From positions 90,001 through 122,000 of the forward strand of contig NZ_CP013213.1 of NCBI RefSeq assembly GCF_001545095.1: a stretch of 32,000 nt of DNA, given 5' to 3'. The stretch's first letter is position 1. Each line of letters begins with the position of its first letter. The DNA is from Erysipelothrix larvae (GTDB lineage Bacteria; Bacillota_I; Bacilli_A; Erysipelotrichales; Erysipelotrichaceae). Positions 28,086 through 32,000 of this stretch are shown one piece after another. A program made the position numbers and the translations under genes. Below the pieces are notes generated by a model that was not told the origin of the DNA, searched no databases, and was given only the letters and a program-made list of their open reading frames with translations.

Positions 28086-30911
28086 ATGAAAAACGATAAA
28101 ATCATTATAAAGGGGGCAAAAGAGAATAACTTGAAGAATATCTCTTTAGAGATACCTCGAGATAAGCTTGTCATTATGACTGGTTTATCAGGTTCAGGAA
28201 AGACTTCTCTTGCATTTGATACAATTTACGCAGAAGGACAACGTAGATATGTGGAATCCCTTAGCTCATATGCTCGTCAATTTCTTGATAACATGGAAAA
28301 ACCGGATGTTGAAGTCATTGAAGGACTTTCGCCTGCAATCGCGATTGACCAAAAGACAACAAGCAATAATCCGCGTTCTACAGTGGGGACTGTAACTGAA
28401 ATTTACGACTATTTACGACTTCTTTATGCGCGTGTAGGGACGCCATATTGTCCACATCATAATATTGAAATTACATCACAAACTGTGAAGCAAATGGTAG
28501 ATCGTATTATGGAATATGAAGATGGATCTCGACTCGAACTATTAGCGCCCGTGGTAAAAGATCAAAAAGGGGAACACAAAGATTTGTTGGATTCACTTCG
28601 AAAAGAGGGATATTTACGAACCTATATTGATGGTGAATTACACCTTTTAGAAGAACCGATTGAATTAGAAAAAAATAAGAAACATACGATTTCCGTAGTT
28701 GTTGACCGTATTGTGAAACGTGACGATAGCCGTTATCGTCTAAACGATTCAATTGAAACTGTATTAAAACTGAGTGAAGGGATTCTGAACGTGAAGATAG
28801 GCGATGAGATTATCGTGTTTTCAAACACATTCTCATGTCCAATCTGTGGATTTAGTATTTCACATATTGAACCACGTCTGTTCTCATTCAATGCACCACT
28901 TGGAGCATGTCATAATTGTAATGGCCTTGGATTTACACAGTCAGTGGATGAGGATTTCTTGATTCCAGATCCAAGTTTGCCTATCTCAAAAGGGGGTATT
29001 CGTTACTACAAGAACATTGTGAATACCCAGAATATTGAATGGCAAACATTTGAGATATTATGTAACTTCGCAAAAGTAGATATTGATAAACCGCTAAAAA
29101 GTTTAACCGGGAAACAAATGGATATTTTACTAAACGGAAGTCAGGTTCCTGTGAAGTACAAAATCGAATCACGTTCTGGAAATGTCTTCCAACGCAATGA
29201 GCCGCTTGAAGGTGTTGCACGGATGATTGAACGAAGACATCGTGAAACAACATCATCATCTTCACGTGAATGGTATGCATCCTTTATGTCAGAAGCAGTA
29301 TGTAGTGTTTGTCATGGAAGTAGACTGAACGAATCTGCCTTGGCAGTTAGAGTAGGTGGGTTAAATCTGTATGAATTTACACAGAAATCAGTCGAAGATG
29401 CTTTAAAATTTATCATTGATCTCAAACTTGATCCAATGAAAGCTCAGATTGCTGAGCTTGTACTTAAAGAAATCAAAGACCGCCTTCAATTCTTAGTGAA
29501 TGTTGGACTTGAATACCTAACTCTTGATCGTATCGCTGGAAGTTTATCGGGAGGAGAAGCACAACGGATTCGTCTTGCAACTCAAATCGGATCACAATTA
29601 TCGGGTGTTCTGTACGTCTTGGATGAACCATCAATTGGGCTTCACCAACGAGACAATGCGCGACTCATTGATACATTAAAACGTATGCGTGATTTAGGAA
29701 ATACCTTAATCGTTGTTGAACATGATGAAGAAACAATGGAAGAATCAGACTGGATTGTTGATATTGGTCCTGGTGCGGGTGAAAGAGGTGGCGAAGTCAT
29801 TGCAAATGGCCCACTTGAAGTGATTAAGAATACAAAAGAGTCTATTACGGGTCAGTATTTAAGTGGTGTGCGTAAAATAGAAGTGCCTAAGAAAAGACGC
29901 AAAGGGAATAAGTTGTTCCTAGAAGTTGTAGGAGCACAAGAAAATAATCTTAAAAATGTGAATGTTAAGTTCCCACTTGGAACCTTTATTTCAGTCACGG
30001 GAGTGAGTGGTAGTGGTAAATCTTCGTTAGTGAATGAAGTATTATCAAAGGCAATTTATCATGAGCTTGGACGTCAGCGTATCAAGCCGGGTAAACATAA
30101 GAAAATCAAGGGTCTTGAGAACATTGACAAATTAATAACAATCGATCAAAATCCAATCGGGAGAACTCCACGATCAAACCCTGTAACGTATACCGGAGTA
30201 TTTGATGACATTCGTGAGTTGTTTGCACGCACACCCGAAGCAAAAATGCGGGGGTATGATAAAGGACGATTCTCCTTTAACATTCCTGGCGGACGCTGTG
30301 AAACGTGTAAGGGTGATGGTGTAAAGCGTATTTCAATGCATTTTTTACCAGATGTTTACGTGAAGTGTAGTGAATGTGATGGAAAACGTTACAACGACGA
30401 AACCCTCAGCATTACTTATAAAGACAAGACAATATTTGATGTATTGGATATGAGTATTTTGGAAGCAATTGATTTCTTTAGTGCAATCCCTAAGATAAAA
30501 AATGGATTGCAAACCTTATGTGATGTCGGCCTTGACTATATTAAACTTGGGCAAAGTGCGACGACATTATCGGGTGGAGAAGCACAGCGTGTTAAACTCG
30601 CGAGTGAACTTCAACGCCCTTCCACAGGGAAAACGATGTTTGTGTTGGATGAGCCTACGACAGGCCTTCACTCATATGATGTAGAGAAGTTGATTGGTGT
30701 CTTACAACGCATTGTTGATCAAGGCGATACCGTGCTTGTAATTGAACATAACCTTGATGTAATTAAGTCAAGCGATTATATTATAGATATGGGGCCTGAA
30801 GGTGGAACACGTGGTGGGACAATTCTTGTCAGTGGAACTCCAGAAAAAGTTGCGAAATGCGAAACAAGCTATACAGGTCATTACTTAAATAAAATACTAG
30901 CGAAAGGATGA
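28086..30911 (+). CDS. uvrA: Excinuclease ABC subunit A
   Basis: 941 aa. [23 protein letters not shown], two ABC modules, zinc-finger cysteines (CPICGF...CHNCNG and CETCKGDG...CSECDG). SD GGAGGG upstream. Confidence 0.97.
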   Translation: MKNDKIIIKGAKENNLKNISLEIPRDKLVIMTGLSGSGKTSLAFDTIYAEGQRRYVESLSSYARQFLDNMEKPDVEVIEGLSPAIAIDQKTTSNNPRSTVGTVTEIYDYLRLLYARVGTPYCPHHNIEITSQTVKQMVDRIMEYEDGSRLELLAPVVKDQKGEHKDLLDSLRKEGYLRTYIDGELHLLEEPIELEKNKKHTISVVVDRIVKRDDSRYRLNDSIETVLKLSEGILNVKIGDEIIVFSNTFSCPICGFSISHIEPRLFSFNAPLGACHNCNGLGFTQSVDEDFLIPDPSLPISKGGIRYYKNIVNTQNIEWQTFEILCNFAKVDIDKPLKSLTGKQMDILLNGSQVPVKYKIESRSGNVFQRNEPLEGVARMIERRHRETTSSSSREWYASFMSEAVCSVCHGSRLNESALAVRVGGLNLYEFTQKSVEDALKFIIDLKLDPMKAQIAELVLKEIKDRLQFLVNVGLEYLTLDRIAGSLSGGEAQRIRLATQIGSQLSGVLYVLDEPSIGLHQRDNARLIDTLKRMRDLGNTLIVVEHDEETMEESDWIVDIGPGAGERGGEVIANGPLEVIKNTKESITGQYLSGVRKIEVPKKRRKGNKLFLEVVGAQENNLKNVNVKFPLGTFISVTGVSGSGKSSLVNEVLSKAIYHELGRQRIKPGKHKKIKGLENIDKLITIDQNPIGRTPRSNPVTYTGVFDDIRELFARTPEAKMRGYDKGRFSFNIPGGRCETCKGDGVKRISMHFLPDVYVKCSECDGKRYNDETLSITYKDKTIFDVLDMSILEAIDFFSAIPKIKNGLQTLCDVGLDYIKLGQSATTLSGGEAQRVKLASELQRPSTGKTMFVLDEPTTGLHSYDVEKLIGVLQRIVDQGDTVLVIEHNLDVIKSSDYIIDMGPEGGTRGGTILVSGTPEKVAKCETSYTGHYLNKILAKG

Positions 30912-30912
30912 T

Positions 30913-31863
30913 ATGATGGAACTTCAAACATGCGAAGTATCAGTTTTGGTTGATAAACTAGGTTATAAGCAAGTAGCGGGAAATAAGGATGCACTCAAAC
31001 GTCCAATTCGTTTACAAAGTACATCACGACCTGGACTTGAACTCACAGGGTTTTATGATCATGTAGAGCGTAAACGCGTTAACATTATTGGAAACAAGGA
31101 ATCTGCATACATTCGTGGAATGGATTCAGAAACCCTTAAAGATCGCTTTGATTTCTTAACAAATGACGAATCACCAACGATTATTGTATCGGGTGGTAAT
31201 GATGTTCCAAAGGAATTGTTGGAAGTGGCAAACGCTAAAAATTACCCAGTGCTTACAACTAAAGTCACAAGCTCGGAAGTAATTGTTGAAGTTGTGTCCT
31301 TACTTGATGAGATGCTCGCACCTGTAATCAATATTCATGGTGTATTGATGAATGTTTTTGGTAAAGGTGTCTTGATGATTGGTGAGTCAGGCATGGGGAA
31401 AAGTGAAGTTGCACTAGAACTCATACTGAGAGGGCACTCTTTAATAGCGGATGACCGTGTTGATTGCTGGGTGGTACGCAATCGAGTGATGGGAACATCG
31501 CCTGAACTTACGCGAGGATTACTTGAGATTCGTGGAATTGGAATTATTGACGTAACTCAAATGTTTGGTGTACGTGCGTTCTTAGAACAAGAGCATGTTG
31601 ATTTTGTGATTGAATTTCAACCCTGGGATTCTAAGAATGTATACCGAAGAATTGGTATTGAAGATGAAGAAATCTTTGAAATATTTGATGAAAAATTACC
31701 GAAGTTGGTATTCCCGGTTAAAGAAGGCCGAGATATGGCGGCACTTGTTGAATCAGGTGTGCGTGACTTTATGTTGAAGCAACGTGGGATTAATGCTGCC
31801 GAAACATTTGATAAACGTGTGATGGATCACATGAGGAAGATGAGTGAGGAGCAAGACGTATGA
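30913..31863 (+). CDS. hprK: HPr kinase/phosphorylase
   Basis: Walker A GESGMGKSE and the signature LEIRGIGIIDV. It starts 1 nt after the uvrA stop; ATG 30916 is an equally possible start. Confidence 0.93.
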   Translation: MMELQTCEVSVLVDKLGYKQVAGNKDALKRPIRLQSTSRPGLELTGFYDHVERKRVNIIGNKESAYIRGMDSETLKDRFDFLTNDESPTIIVSGGNDVPKELLEVANAKNYPVLTTKVTSSEVIVEVVSLLDEMLAPVINIHGVLMNVFGKGVLMIGESGMGKSEVALELILRGHSLIADDRVDCWVVRNRVMGTSPELTRGLLEIRGIGIIDVTQMFGVRAFLEQEHVDFVIEFQPWDSKNVYRRIGIEDEEIFEIFDEKLPKLVFPVKEGRDMAALVESGVRDFMLKQRGINAAETFDKRVMDHMRKMSEEQDV

Positions 31864-32000
31864 TTCAGTTTTTTCCAGATATGAAAACATTCGTGCAAAT
31901 CGGGTCTTTATCGATTGCATGGTATGCGGTATTAATTGTAACAGGGGCTTATATTGCCTACTTAATAAGTCGCTATAATATTCGCAAAGCAGGTTATGAT
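31860..32000 (+). CDS. lgt: Prolipoprotein diacylglyceryl transferase (N-terminal part; 3' end outside window)
   Basis: ATG 31860 overlaps the hprK stop (ATGA). The frame stays open to the window end: MIQFFPDMKTFVQIGSLSIAWYAVLIVTGAYIAYL, an Lgt-like N-terminus. The hprK-lgt order is conserved in Bacilli. Confidence 0.7.
   Translation, partial: MIQFFPDMKTFVQIGSLSIAWYAVLIVTGAYIAYLISRYNIRKAGYD

Overview
This looks like a chromosomal segment from a low-GC Gram-positive bacterium (Bacillota). HPr kinase, LicT/RAT antitermination, GlgD, an Rgg regulator and strong GGAGG-type Shine-Dalgarno (SD) sites point that way; I cannot name the species. All calls come from reading the sequence and ORF track and recalling motifs; no searches were run.

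I support 29 protein-coding genes, two of them truncated by the window edges:
- Core genes: an S41 C-terminal processing protease gene overlapping uvrB (4.9-8.4 kb), and uvrA-hprK-lgt (28.1-32.0 kb).
- Sugar modules: the tail of a cellobiose-type PTS operon (GH4 phospho-beta-glucosidase plus two IIB paralogues, 0-1.5 kb), a licT-bglP-bglH beta-glucoside operon with two RAT elements (LicT-binding RNA antiterminators) and a cre-like site (16.3-20.6 kb), and glgBCDA (21.4-27.0 kb).
- Small regulator modules: Rgg divergent from an ABC-2 exporter (1.6-4.3 kb), a receiver-less LytTR protein coupled to a large membrane protein (8.6-10.1 kb), and PadR plus a DUF2812-like protein (15.2-16.0 kb).
- A minus-strand block (10.2-15.1 kb): a D-2-hydroxyacid dehydrogenase, an internally duplicated polytopic membrane protein, a PNPOx-like protein and a signal-peptide-less 5'-nucleotidase/metallophosphoesterase.

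I recognise no rRNA, tRNA, CRISPR array, transposase, integrase or obvious defence gene.

I see no clear-cut novel multi-gene system. The items most worth a second look are:
- the LytTR/5-TM fusion-protein module;
- the second RAT, whose 3' half pairs with the bglP Shine-Dalgarno instead of forming a terminator;
- the duplicated-repeat membrane protein paired with a dehydrogenase, plus the ~500 bp ORF-free region upstream of it;
- the terminator-like hairpin directly in front of glgB;
- the Rgg-ABC pair, which lacks an evident pheromone gene.
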